Assembly (NCBI GenBank): GCA_963826785.1
Contig: CAWGYD010000001.1
Span: 640,001-704,000 of the forward strand
Reading direction: 5' to 3'
From: an uncultured delta proteobacterium
Lineage (GTDB): Bacteria; Desulfobacterota; Desulfobacteria; Desulfobacterales; Desulfosalsimonadaceae
Length of the DNA stretch: 64,000 nt
Position numbers and translations under genes: made by a program. A model generated the notes under the pieces. That model had not been told where the DNA came from. It searched no databases and was given only the letters and a program-made list of their open reading frames with translations. Positions 41,837-51,341 of this stretch are shown piece after piece; positions within the stretch are counted from its first letter, which is position 1, and each line of letters starts with the position of its first letter.

Positions 41837-42629
41837 TCACTTAATCAGCCGCCGCTTCATGGTCAGCAGGGCCAGGTACCCGAAGATCAGGGTGAAGGCC
41901 ACCAGGTAGGACAGGTTGAAAATCATGTTTGACTCCATGGCCCCGATGCAGAAATAGCGGGTGAGTTCCACCAGGTGGAAGAGGGGGAAAACCAGGGTGA
42001 TCATCCGGGCCCAGTCGGGGATGCCCGAGAGGGGGAAAAAGGTTCCCGAAAACAGAAACATGGGCGTGATAAAGAGAAAGATGGGAAGATTGAACATATC
42101 GATGCTGGGAATGACGCCGGTGAAGAACATGCCGATGGCGGCAAACGCCAGGCCGCCCAAGAACGCCAGCGGAATGCACAACAGCGCGCCCGGGGAAATT
42201 CGCATAGCCTATGGGGATGAGTATCACCAGCATCAGCGCCACCGCGGCCGCCGCCTTGGTGGCCGCCCACACGATTTCGGCGGTGATGATCTCCTCGAGG
42301 CTCATGGGCGTGGCCAGCATGCCGTCATAGGTCTTCTGGTAGTACATGCGCACAAACGAGTTGTAGGTGGTCTCAAAAAAGGAGTTATACATGCAGGCGG
42401 TGGCCACCAGGGCCGGGGCCATGAACCGGGTGTACTCGAGCTTCATCCCGGCATACTCAACTCCTGAGATGAGGCCCGAGAATCCCAGCCCGAAGGCCAG
42501 GATATAAAAGCCGGGCTCCAGGAGCGGGACCAGGAAGTTGACCCGCCAGATGCGGCGGTAGGTGATCAGGTTCCTGAACCAGACATGCCGGAAGCGAAGG
42601 GATATGGTGGAGAGTTTAACGCGGCTCAT
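41837..42629 (-). pseudogene. ABC-2 type (NodJ-like) permease; split by a +1 frameshift near 42189-42195 (pseudogene or assembly error)
   Basis: EP.FY..AFG.G, F.AP.L, ATP...EEI..AEI.W in one frame; PMFLFSGTFFP, PL.H.V in the next frame. Confidence 0.85.
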
Positions 42630-43552
42630 TCGCGCAGCTCCCTGCCGGTCAGGCGGAGGAAGACGTCCTCGAGATTCCCGGCGCGGAAAAGGCACGCCTC
42701 CACGCAGAATCGCCTGCGGATTTCATTCTCCAGTTCCCCGTCTGCCTCGGTATACAGGATCATCCGTTCGCCCAGATCATCGTGGGAAACGGCACGCTCC
42801 CGGATGAAGCGCCGGAGGTCTTCTCCCGGGCCATCGATTTCGATGACGCTGTCGGCTGCGTGTTCGGCGATCAGGTCTCGCGGCCGCCCCTCGGCGATGA
42901 TGCGGCCGTGGTCCATGATCAGCAGCCGGTCGCACAGGCTTTCCGCCTCGTTCATGTAGTGGGTGGTCAACAGCATGGTCAGCCCCTGCTTTTTCAGCTC
43001 GAACAGGCGGTCCCAGACCTGGTAGCGGGATTGGGGATCCAGGCCGGTGGTCGGCTCGTCCAGGATGAGCAGGTCGGGTTCGGCGATCATCGCCCGCGCC
43101 AGCTGCAGCCGTCGGGCCAGCCCGCCGGAGAGTTCGGCCACCTTGGCGTCCCGTTTGCTGTTTAAGGCGAAGAAGCTGATCTGCTGCTCCGCACGTTTGC
43201 GGGCAGTATGTTTGTCGATGTCGAAATAACGGGCAAAGACCAGCAGGTTCTGTTCGACGGTCAGGTCGGGATCGAGGGTGTTGTCCTGCTGGCAGACCCC
43301 CAGCCGCGCGCGTATCTTGCGCCAGTGGACCCGGATATCCAGGCCGAACACCTCCATTTCCCCGCTGTTAATCGGTGAAAAACCATACAGCATCCGGATG
43401 ACCGAGGTCTTGCCCGCGCCGTTGGGCCCGAGCAGCCCGAAAAACTCGCCGCTTTTTACCTGAAAGCTCACGCCGTCTACGGCGGTAAAACCGCCAAACC
43501 GTTTGACCACCCGCCGGGATTTTATCACTTCCATTTCGCGCATCAGCTCCAC
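42626..43552 (-). CDS. ABC transporter ATP-binding protein (NodI-like)
   Basis: GPNGAGKT, LSGG, LILDEPTTGLDP, TTHYM.EAE.LCDR, LEDVFL.LTG. Confidence 0.93.
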   Translation of the reverse strand: MELMREMEVIKSRRVVKRFGGFTAVDGVSFQVKSGEFFGLLGPNGAGKTSVIRMLYGFSPINSGEMEVFGLDIRVHWRKIRARLGVCQQDNTLDPDLTVEQNLLVFARYFDIDKHTARKRAEQQISFFALNSKRDAKVAELSGGLARRLQLARAMIAEPDLLILDEPTTGLDPQSRYQVWDRLFELKKQGLTMLLTTHYMNEAESLCDRLLIMDHGRIIAEGRPRDLIAEHAADSVIEIDGPGEDLRRFIRERAVSHDDLGERMILYTEADGELENEIRRRFCVEACLFRAGNLEDVFLRLTGRELRE

Positions 43553-46291
43553 TTAATCAATATGCCATCTTTCCGGCAGTTTTTTCGCGATCCCCTTGGT
43601 GATCTGCCCGATGATCAAAGGCGTGATGCTGCCTGCGGCGATCAGCAGCCATCCGGTGCGGCCCGGAAGGGTCAGGGAAAGGATGCCGGCCAGAAACGGA
43701 ATCAGCAGCGCGCACAGGATCAGCCCGGTGCACAGGGTCAGGGCCGCCCAGATGAATTTGTTCTTGATCACCAGGTTGTCAAACATTTTTGACCGGGTGT
43801 CGCGCATGTTGAATACATGGAGCAGCCGGGAAAAGGCCAGGGACAGAAAGGAGACGGTGACGGCTTCGGTATTGGAGAATCTAAAATAATACAGCGCCAG
43901 GGCGAACACGGCCAGCACGCATGCGGCGATCACAAATCCGTAATATCCGATAAATGCCCAGTTGTACCGCGTGATGATGGGTTCCTTCGGATCCCGGGGC
44001 GGCCGCTCCATCACGTCGGGCCCCTCATCGCTCATGCCCAGGGCCAGGGCGGGGAAGGCGTCGTTGATGGCGTTTAAATACAGGATCTGCAGGGGGAGCA
44101 GGGGCAGGGGGGCGGTGAACAGGGATGCCGCCGCCACGATCAGGATCTCCCCCATGTTGCCGGAGATCAGGTAAAGCACGAACTTGCGGATGTTGTTGAA
44201 AATGGATCGGCCGTGTTCGACGGCCGCCACGATGGTGGAAAATGCGTCATCCTGGAGGATGATGTCGGCGGCTTCCTTGGCGATTTCCTCCCCCCGCCGC
44301 CCCATGGCGATCCCGATTTCCGCTTTTTTGAGCGCGGGCGCATCGTTCACCCCGTCGCCGGTCATGCCCACGATATTTCCCGCTTCCTGGTATATGCGGA
44401 TCAGGTTCAGTTTCTGTTCCGGAGATACCCGGTAAAACACCGCACAGGAAAGAATCTCTTCCCGCTCCTGTGTCGTGAGGTCTTCCAAGCATTCCAGGTC
44501 TTTTCCTTCCAGCATCAGCGGATCGGAGTGATCCGGGTCGATGAGTTCGACGGCCCGGGCCACGTTTCCGGCGGTGACCGCCTGGTCTCCGGTGGCCATA
44601 ATGACTTTGATGCCCGCTTGTTTGCACTCCCGGATGGCCGGAATCACTTCCCTGCGGGGCGGATCATAGATGCCGGTATATCCCAGCAGGGTCAAATCCC
44701 GGTAGGGGTCGGCATCGGCCGAATCAATTGTTTTTGAGGCAATGGCCAGGATGCGCAGGCCCGAATCGGCCATCTGCCGGTTGGTGGCCTCCCATTTTTC
44801 CTTTTGGGCATCGCTGAAATCCGTGTCTCCGCCGGGCGCGGCAATCCGGGTGCAGGCATGTAACACCGCTTCGGGAGCGCCCTTGACCATTGCCTGAAAA
44901 CCCGGTTGAACCCGATGGATGGTGGCCATCATCTTGACCCGGGGATCAAATGCCACCTCCTTTTCCTCCGGTTTTTGATCAAGAAGAGCATCTTTTGAAA
45001 ATCCGGCTTTTCGGCCCAGCACCAGAAGCGCCACTTCCATGGGGTCTCCCAGCGGGCGGAGGTCTCCTTGCTTTTCGGCAAGGGACGCATTGGTGCAGAG
45101 CATGGCGCTTTCAATCAGCCGGTAGGCTGTGGAATCCCTGGAAAAGGACACTTCAGCACCGTCTTTTCCCCTGATGGTGTTTTCGGTGTCCAGGCCTTCG
45201 CCCTCCACCTCCACCGTCAATTCCGGCATGACCAGCCGGGTGACGGTCATCTGGTTTTCGGTGAGGGTGCCGGTCTTGTCCGTGATGATAATATTGGTGG
45301 CGCCCAGGGTCTGCACGGCGGACAGCCGCCGGACCAATGCATTTCGTTTGATCATCCGGCGCATGCCCCGGGCCAGGGAAACCGTTGCCACCACGGGCAG
45401 CCCTTCTGGAATGGCCGCCACGATCAGCACGATGGTGGTTTCCAGCATCAAAAAAAGATCCCTGCCGGAGAGGATTCCGGCGATGCCCGTGAGAGCGGCC
45501 ACTCCGATGATCACCAGGATGAGCCGCCGAGCCAGTCGATCCAGACGCTTCTCCAGGGGGTCGGCCTCCTGCTCGGCTTCCTCGGCCAGGGTGCTGATGT
45601 TGCCGATCTCCGTGTTCATGCCGGTGGCGCAAACGATCCCCTTCCCCGATCCCATGGTCACCGCGGTCCCCTTGTAGAGCATGTTGGTGCGCTCGGCCAA
45701 AGAGATATCCTCCGGGAGGGGCTGCACGGTTTTGGTGACGGGCAGGGATTCTCCGGTAAGGGCGGATTCGTTGATCTGCAGTTTGGCGGATTCGAACAGG
45801 CGGATGTCGGCCGTGACCACCTGGCCGCTCTCCAGGTGCACTATGTCCCCGGGGACCAGTTTCCGGGCGTCGATTTTTTTGAGTTTGCCGCCCCGCATAA
45901 CATGGGTGTGCCGTTTGTCCAGCCGGGTGAGAGCCTCCATGGAGCGGACCGCCTTGAGTTCCGTGAAAAACCCGATCCCCGCGTTGAGCAGCATGGCCGC
46001 GATGATGGCCATTGCGTCGACGTACTGGGAAAAGGCGAAGGAAAGCACGGCGGCTATGCCCAGAAAGACCATGATCAGGCTTTTAAACTGCTCCGCCAGG
46101 ATCTGCGCCGCGCTCTTGGCCTTTTTCCCCCGAAGTGCATTTGGCCCGAATCCAGACCGCCTGCGGGCCGCTTCCTGCCGGTCCAAACCCTGATCCATCA
46201 AAACGGAGAGTTCTTCTGCGACCTTTGCCGGAGTCCGGCTCCAGGGGGCTAAAACCGGCCTGCCCGCGTCTTGAGAATGCGTATCAGCCAC
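43553..46291 (-). CDS. cation-transporting P-type ATPase (type II, Ca2+/Na+-like)
   Basis: LTGES, IPEGLP, DKTGTLT, KGAPE, TGD, GDGVNDAPAL. Confidence 0.95.
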   Translation of the reverse strand: MADTHSQDAGRPVLAPWSRTPAKVAEELSVLMDQGLDRQEAARRRSGFGPNALRGKKAKSAAQILAEQFKSLIMVFLGIAAVLSFAFSQYVDAMAIIAAMLLNAGIGFFTELKAVRSMEALTRLDKRHTHVMRGGKLKKIDARKLVPGDIVHLESGQVVTADIRLFESAKLQINESALTGESLPVTKTVQPLPEDISLAERTNMLYKGTAVTMGSGKGIVCATGMNTEIGNISTLAEEAEQEADPLEKRLDRLARRLILVIIGVAALTGIAGILSGRDLFLMLETTIVLIVAAIPEGLPVVATVSLARGMRRMIKRNALVRRLSAVQTLGATNIIITDKTGTLTENQMTVTRLVMPELTVEVEGEGLDTENTIRGKDGAEVSFSRDSTAYRLIESAMLCTNASLAEKQGDLRPLGDPMEVALLVLGRKAGFSKDALLDQKPEEKEVAFDPRVKMMATIHRVQPGFQAMVKGAPEAVLHACTRIAAPGGDTDFSDAQKEKWEATNRQMADSGLRILAIASKTIDSADADPYRDLTLLGYTGIYDPPRREVIPAIRECKQAGIKVIMATGDQAVTAGNVARAVELIDPDHSDPLMLEGKDLECLEDLTTQEREEILSCAVFYRVSPEQKLNLIRIYQEAGNIVGMTGDGVNDAPALKKAEIGIAMGRRGEEIAKEAADIILQDDAFSTIVAAVEHGRSIFNNIRKFVLYLISGNMGEILIVAAASLFTAPLPLLPLQILYLNAINDAFPALALGMSDEGPDVMERPPRDPKEPIITRYNWAFIGYYGFVIAACVLAVFALALYYFRFSNTEAVTVSFLSLAFSRLLHVFNMRDTRSKMFDNLVIKNKFIWAALTLCTGLILCALLIPFLAGILSLTLPGRTGWLLIAAGSITPLIIGQITKGIAKKLPERWHID

Positions 46292-46748
46292 TTAAATCCT
46301 GTTCCTCGGGGTTGATGGGGATCTCAACCACCGGCACCGGGGAATTTCGCAGCACTTTTTCGGTGACGCTTCCGAACCTGTAGTCGCCTTTTTCTCCGCT
46401 GCTGGACATCACCACGATGTCGATGCCTTCCTGGTCAATGAATTTCAGGATTTCCTGCGCGGGATCTCCCACCACGGTGTGCCGCACGTAAAGGGGGCAG
46501 CCTTCCATATGCTCGGCACATATCTTATCCAGCCGGTTTTTGGCATCCGCCTCGAGTTTTTTCAGCAGATGGTCGACATGCTCCCGGTCAAACACGCCAT
46601 ACCAGCCTTCATGGCGGATAATGTCCTCGATCACGTACAGCACATGAATTTCCGCCTGGTATTTCTCGGTAAGCGATTTCACATAGGGCAGGGCGGCTTC
46701 GGCCCTTCCGGAAAAATCGGTCGGCCATAATACCTTTTTGATCTCCAT
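46284..46748 (-). CDS. universal stress protein
   Basis: KKVLWPTDFS, GDPAQEI, GSVTEKVLRNSPVPV. Confidence 0.92.
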   Translation of the reverse strand: MEIKKVLWPTDFSGRAEAALPYVKSLTEKYQAEIHVLYVIEDIIRHEGWYGVFDREHVDHLLKKLEADAKNRLDKICAEHMEGCPLYVRHTVVGDPAQEILKFIDQEGIDIVVMSSSGEKGDYRFGSVTEKVLRNSPVPVVEIPINPEEQDLSG

Positions 46749-46990
46749 TGGAGGCCTCCTTTAATTATCCTTTGACTATATCTTTCTCATAAAAATAATC
46801 CGCATCAGGTGAAAGTCGAATGGTCATATGCGTTGGATCTCCAGCCGGGACGGCATGAAACCCGGCTGACGGATACATCGCCTCCAGTCATCCGCCAGCG
46901 AGGGCCTTGAAAAAATAATCCTTGATCGCAACTTGTGTGCGGTTTTATGCTTGGGCCGTCAAATGCAAAATGAGATCGGGATATTCAAAA

Positions 46991-47668
46991 ATGCGCATCC
47001 TGCTGGTGGAAGATGAAAAGAAGATGGCCTCCTTCATCGAAAGGGGCTTGAAAGAGCAGCAGTATACCGTGGATATGGCCCACGACGGGGACACGGGGCT
47101 GTTTCTGGCCGAGACCAACCCCTATGATCTTCTTGTGCTCGATATCAATTTACCCGGAAAAGACGGGTTTACCATCTGCCGGGAACTGCGGGGCAGGCAC
47201 ATCGATGTCCCCATCCTGATGCTGACGGCCCGAGACGATGTGAAAGACCGGATCTTCGGGCTGGATTCCGGGGCCGACGACTACCTGACCAAGCCGTTTG
47301 CCTTCGGCGAGTTTTTGGCCCGGGTGCGGGTGCTGCTGCGGCGCCAGCAGCCCAACAGGACCACCACCCTGAAGATGGCGGACCTGGAGCTGGATCAGCT
47401 CACCCGCCAGGTGACCCGGGGCGGTAAAATCATCGAACTGACCGCCACCGAATTTGCGCTGCTGGAATATTTGATGATAAACGCCGGCCGGACCGTGACC
47501 CGGACCATGATATCGGAGCACGTCTGGCACCAGGATTTCGACAGCTTCTCCAACGTCATCAACGTGTATGTCAATTACCTGCGCAAAAAAATCGATGCGG
47601 ATTCTCCCCACAAGCTGATCCACGCGGTGCGCGGCGTCGGGTACGTGGTCAAAGAACAGCCGTCATGA
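46991..47668 (+). CDS. OmpR-family response regulator (CusR/CzcR-like)
   Basis: MRILLVEDE, LDINLP, LTARD, GADDYLTKPF, winged helix with VRGVGY. Confidence 0.94.
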   Translation: MRILLVEDEKKMASFIERGLKEQQYTVDMAHDGDTGLFLAETNPYDLLVLDINLPGKDGFTICRELRGRHIDVPILMLTARDDVKDRIFGLDSGADDYLTKPFAFGEFLARVRVLLRRQQPNRTTTLKMADLELDQLTRQVTRGGKIIELTATEFALLEYLMINAGRTVTRTMISEHVWHQDFDSFSNVINVYVNYLRKKIDADSPHKLIHAVRGVGYVVKEQPS

Positions 47669-49125
47669 AAGTAAATTCCATCCGTTTCAAGGCCAGTGTC
47701 CTGTATTCCACCATACTGTGCCTCATCCTCATCGTTTTCAGCGGCGTGCTTTTCAGCGTCACCCGCCACATCCTCTATCGCGATATCGACGAGGAACTGA
47801 TGATCAAAGCCAACGAGATCATCAACATCATCCATTCCTATGAAACCCTGAACCGGCCCGAAGCCCAGACCCGGCATCTCATCAATAAGCTGCTGGGCGT
47901 CCCGGACCCCACCCGGCTGATCATCGATGACTTGTGGCGGTCCAACGTCCAGGCCTTAAACCTGAAAAACGATTACATCCTGGTCTTCAATTCCCAGGGG
48001 CAGCCGGTCATCGTGTCCGGCAATGTCGACAAGGATATCGCGATGATGTTCAAGGGCCAGCTTCCCATATCCATGAAGGCGGCCATCTTTAAAAATATTT
48101 ACGATCCGGGCCATAAACTCCGTTCGGTCAATCTGCCGTTTGCCTTTGAAAATAAAAATCCACTGGTGATCCAGGTGGCCACCCCGCTGAACGCGGTAGC
48201 TCATCTCTTGAACCGCCTGATGCTGTTTATCGCGGCTTCCATCGTCTTTATCCTGGCCCTGACTTCCTTTCTGGGCGGCTTTTTTGCCCGGCGGATTTTG
48301 AGGCCGGTGATGAGCGTTACCGAAATGGCAGATGACATCTCCCATACGGACCTGAACCGCCGGATCGGTGAAATGGCCGCCGATGAGGAAATGCAGCGCC
48401 TGATCCACTCATTTAACCTGATGATCGGCCGCATTGAAAAGGCGTTCAACCACGTCAATGAATTCAGCTCCCACGTGGCCCACGAACTCAAGACCCCGCT
48501 GGCCATTATCCGGGGGGAACTCGAACTGGCGCTGTCTGAAACCCGGGATGCGGCCGAATACCAGCGGGTGCTGGAAACCAGCCTGGAGGAAACCGACCGG
48601 CTGATCCGGATCGTCAAAGACCTGCTCCTGCTGGCCCGGCTCGATTACAACCCGGATATCTACCATTTCGAAAAGTTCGACCTGTCGGAATTTCTAAGGG
48701 AAATCGAAGAAAACAGCCGCATCCTGGCCATGGAAAAACAGATCGGCATCGGCCTTCAAACCCCCGCGCTTCCCGTTCATATCAGCGGCGACCGGACCCA
48801 CCTGCGGCGCCTGTTTTTCAACCTGATCAACAATGCCGTCAAATTCACCCCTGTGGACGGCCGCATCACCCTATCCCTGTCGTCCGGGGATCACGCCGCC
48901 CGAATTGCCGTATCCGACACCGGCATCGGCATCGCTGAAAAAGACCTGCCGAAAATTTTCGATAAATTTTTCCGGGTTCCCTATGATCCGTCGGTCACGG
49001 GCTTCGGCAGCGGGCTGGGGTTGAACATCGCGCGCTCCATCGCCGCCGCCCACAAAGGCGAAATCACGGTAACCAGCTGCCTGGGCCAGGGTTCCACCTT
49101 TATCGTCATCCTGCCTCTTTCCTGA
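47665..49125 (+). CDS. HAMP-domain sensor histidine kinase
   Basis: Two TM helices, HAMP, AHELKTPL, NL.NNAVKFT, DTGIGI, GLGL; ATGA overlap with the regulator. Confidence 0.94.
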   Translation: MKVNSIRFKASVLYSTILCLILIVFSGVLFSVTRHILYRDIDEELMIKANEIINIIHSYETLNRPEAQTRHLINKLLGVPDPTRLIIDDLWRSNVQALNLKNDYILVFNSQGQPVIVSGNVDKDIAMMFKGQLPISMKAAIFKNIYDPGHKLRSVNLPFAFENKNPLVIQVATPLNAVAHLLNRLMLFIAASIVFILALTSFLGGFFARRILRPVMSVTEMADDISHTDLNRRIGEMAADEEMQRLIHSFNLMIGRIEKAFNHVNEFSSHVAHELKTPLAIIRGELELALSETRDAAEYQRVLETSLEETDRLIRIVKDLLLLARLDYNPDIYHFEKFDLSEFLREIEENSRILAMEKQIGIGLQTPALPVHISGDRTHLRRLFFNLINNAVKFTPVDGRITLSLSSGDHAARIAVSDTGIGIAEKDLPKIFDKFFRVPYDPSVTGFGSGLGLNIARSIAAAHKGEITVTSCLGQGSTFIVILPLS

Positions 49126-49161
49126 ATTTCAGCTCTTTTTCATCTTCGCATCCAGATAAGA

Positions 49162-49181
49162 AAATTTTAATCAAATTTTAA
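49162..49181 (+). promoter_or_regulatory. tandem direct repeat, putative OmpR-family binding box
   Basis: AAATTTTAA-tc-AAATTTTAA with an 11 bp period, upstream of the receiver gene and degP copy 2. Confidence 0.45.
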
Positions 49182-49288
49182 CCGGATTCTTATTGATCAT
49201 CCGGTAATATGCCCCCGTATGGTTTCAATGAAGGCAAAAAAATCGCCTTGTGGATGAACAGCCAGGAAAACCGGTAGGGGATCAGCCC

Positions 49289-49645
49289 ATGAAAACCATT
49301 TTGATTGTCGACGATGAAGAGCGGATCAGAAACATCTATTGCAGGACATTTCGCAAGGAAGGCTTCGAGGTCTTTGAAGCGGCCAGCGCCGGGGACGCCT
49401 ATGAAGTCATGACGGCCCAGAAGCTGGACATGATCCTGCTGGACATCCACATGGCCGAAGTTGACGGCGTGGTGCTCTATGACGCCATCCGGATGTTTCA
49501 CCGGAATGTCCGGGTCATCGTCACCAGCGTCTTTTCCGTGGAGAGCCAGAAATCGCTCATCGAAGAGGCCGCCGATTACTACGACAAGTCGGAAAGCATT
49601 CAGATCCTGGTGAGGAAAGTCAGGGCCGGGCTGCGGATGAATTAA
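49289..49645 (+). CDS. single-domain response regulator (receiver only)
   Basis: ILIVDDE, LLDIHM, IVTS, YYDK. Confidence 0.88.
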   Translation: MKTILIVDDEERIRNIYCRTFRKEGFEVFEAASAGDAYEVMTAQKLDMILLDIHMAEVDGVVLYDAIRMFHRNVRVIVTSVFSVESQKSLIEEAADYYDKSESIQILVRKVRAGLRMN

Positions 49646-49715
49646 ACGCCGTTAGCCAGCGATCGGAACCGGCAGGGATGTGTATTGGAAAAAAAGAAGA
49701 TGAAGGAGGCTTTAC

Positions 49716-51179
49716 ATGCAGTTGTACAGGTTAAATACTAAAAAACTTTGCAAATTCACCATTTTTCTGGCCGTGGCATTTGCAGCGGCCTTTATGCTCA
49801 TTCCCCGGGCGGGTTCGGCATCCGGAAAACGCTCCCCCGCAGTTCCCATGGTGCCGCAGAGCTTCACCCAGTTAGCCAAATCCGCCAGCCCCTCGGTGGT
49901 GAACATCAGGACAGAAAAGACCGTCAGCATGGGGGGGCGGATGTTTCAGCCGTTCATGGGACACCGGAACATGCCCAACGGCAACGATCCCTTCCAGGAT
50001 TTCTTCGGCCGTTTTTTCAACAACGGCCCGCAGCGGGAATTCAAACAGAAAAGCCTCGGGTCGGGGTTCATCCTGGACCAGGACGGGTATATCGTCACCA
50101 ACGATCATGTGATCAAGGATGCCGACAAAATCCAGGTGAAATTAAAAGACGGCAAGGAATATCCGGCCGAAATCATCGGCGCCGATCCGTCCACCGATCT
50201 CGCGCTCATCAAGATTAAGGCGGATCATCTCCCCGCGCTGCCCCTGGGCGATTCGGATTCACTGGAAGTGGGGGAATGGGTGGTGGCCATCGGCAGCCCC
50301 TTCGGCCTTGAACACACGGTCACTGCAGGCATCGTCAGCGCAAAAGGGCGCGTGATCGGCGCCGGCCCCTATGACGATTTCATCCAGACCGATGCGTCCA
50401 TCAATCCCGGCAACTCCGGCGGGCCGCTGCTCGACATGAGCGGCGAGGTGGTGGGCATCAACACCGCCATCATCGCCGGCGGCGAGGGGATCGGGTTTGC
50501 CATTCCCTCCAATATGGCCAAGAACGTCATCGAACAGTTGAAAAAGAGCGGCGAAGTGACCCGGGGGTGGCTCGGCGTGGCTATCCAGGACCTGGATGCG
50601 GGCATGAAAACCTATTTCAAAGCCGACCACGGGGTTCTGGTGGGGGATGTATTCCCCGGCGACCCGGCGGATAAGGCCGGCATCAAGACCAACGACATCA
50701 TCCTGTCCGTGAACGGAAACCCCGTCGACTCGGCCCGTGATCTGTCCCAGCGCGTCTCGGGGCTGAAGGTCGGGGATACGGCAACCTTGAAAATCCTGCG
50801 CGACGGCCGGGAGCAGACGGTGGATGTGAAAATCTCCAAGCGCGATGAATCGGCGCTTGCGGACAACCAGGGGCAGCCCGGCCAATCATCTTCGGCTTTC
50901 GGCGTACAGGTCTCCGACATCACGCCCGACATCGCCGGCAAATACAATGTAAACCCGGATCAGGGGGTCATCGTGAATTCCGTCGAGCCCGACAGCCAGG
51001 GGGACAAGGCCGGAATTCAGCAGGGAGACCTGGTGGTGGAAATCAATCATCAGGCCGTCAAGAGCGTATCGGATTACCGCAAGATCATCGGCGGCATCAA
51101 GGATGGGGATTCCGCCCAGATGTATATCAAACGACCCAACGGCGGATTTATGGTGATCACGCTGACCAAAAACAAATAA
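49716..51179 (+). CDS. degP: Do/DegP (HtrA) serine protease with two PDZ domains, copy 2
   Basis: AGGAGG Shine-Dalgarno, signal peptide, TNDHVI, DLAL, TDASINPGNSGGPL. Confidence 0.95.
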   Translation: MQLYRLNTKKLCKFTIFLAVAFAAAFMLIPRAGSASGKRSPAVPMVPQSFTQLAKSASPSVVNIRTEKTVSMGGRMFQPFMGHRNMPNGNDPFQDFFGRFFNNGPQREFKQKSLGSGFILDQDGYIVTNDHVIKDADKIQVKLKDGKEYPAEIIGADPSTDLALIKIKADHLPALPLGDSDSLEVGEWVVAIGSPFGLEHTVTAGIVSAKGRVIGAGPYDDFIQTDASINPGNSGGPLLDMSGEVVGINTAIIAGGEGIGFAIPSNMAKNVIEQLKKSGEVTRGWLGVAIQDLDAGMKTYFKADHGVLVGDVFPGDPADKAGIKTNDIILSVNGNPVDSARDLSQRVSGLKVGDTATLKILRDGREQTVDVKISKRDESALADNQGQPGQSSSAFGVQVSDITPDIAGKYNVNPDQGVIVNSVEPDSQGDKAGIQQGDLVVEINHQAVKSVSDYRKIIGGIKDGDSAQMYIKRPNGGFMVITLTKNK

Positions 51180-51186
51180 CCCTCAA

Positions 51187-51210
51187 GGGCGGACACGCAG
51201 GATCCGCCCC
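51187..51210. repeat. REP-like palindrome
   Basis: gggcggacacgcaggatccgcccc hairpin; resembles the GTAGGGGCGGACCTGCGTGTCCGCCC type of REP as I recall it. Confidence 0.5.
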
Positions 51211-51250
51211 ATTTTCCCCCCGCCATTTGCTTCTCCTCAAATGGCGTTTA

Positions 51251-51300
51251 ACCGGCCGGCTAAAAACCCTCCCCCTGGGTTTTGCCGGCCGGTCTTATTT
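51251..51300 (+). terminator. terminator-like hairpin between converging degP and DUF1207 genes
   Basis: accggccggc..aaaaccc / gggttttgccggccggt followed by cttattt. Confidence 0.6.
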
Positions 51301-51341
51301 AGTCACATATCAGGTTTTTGGTCCCGGCCACGATCCATCCG

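Noticed and set aside
45068..46252. 394-aa plus-strand ORF within the P-type ATPase
   Set aside because: Antisense shadow with no independent evidence
46830..46885. Fluoride (crcB) riboswitch upstream of usp (GGCGATG..CGTC on the minus strand)
   Set aside because: Lacks the A-rich linker and UGAUG motif, and the pseudoknot is mismatched; kept only as an unnamed structured region
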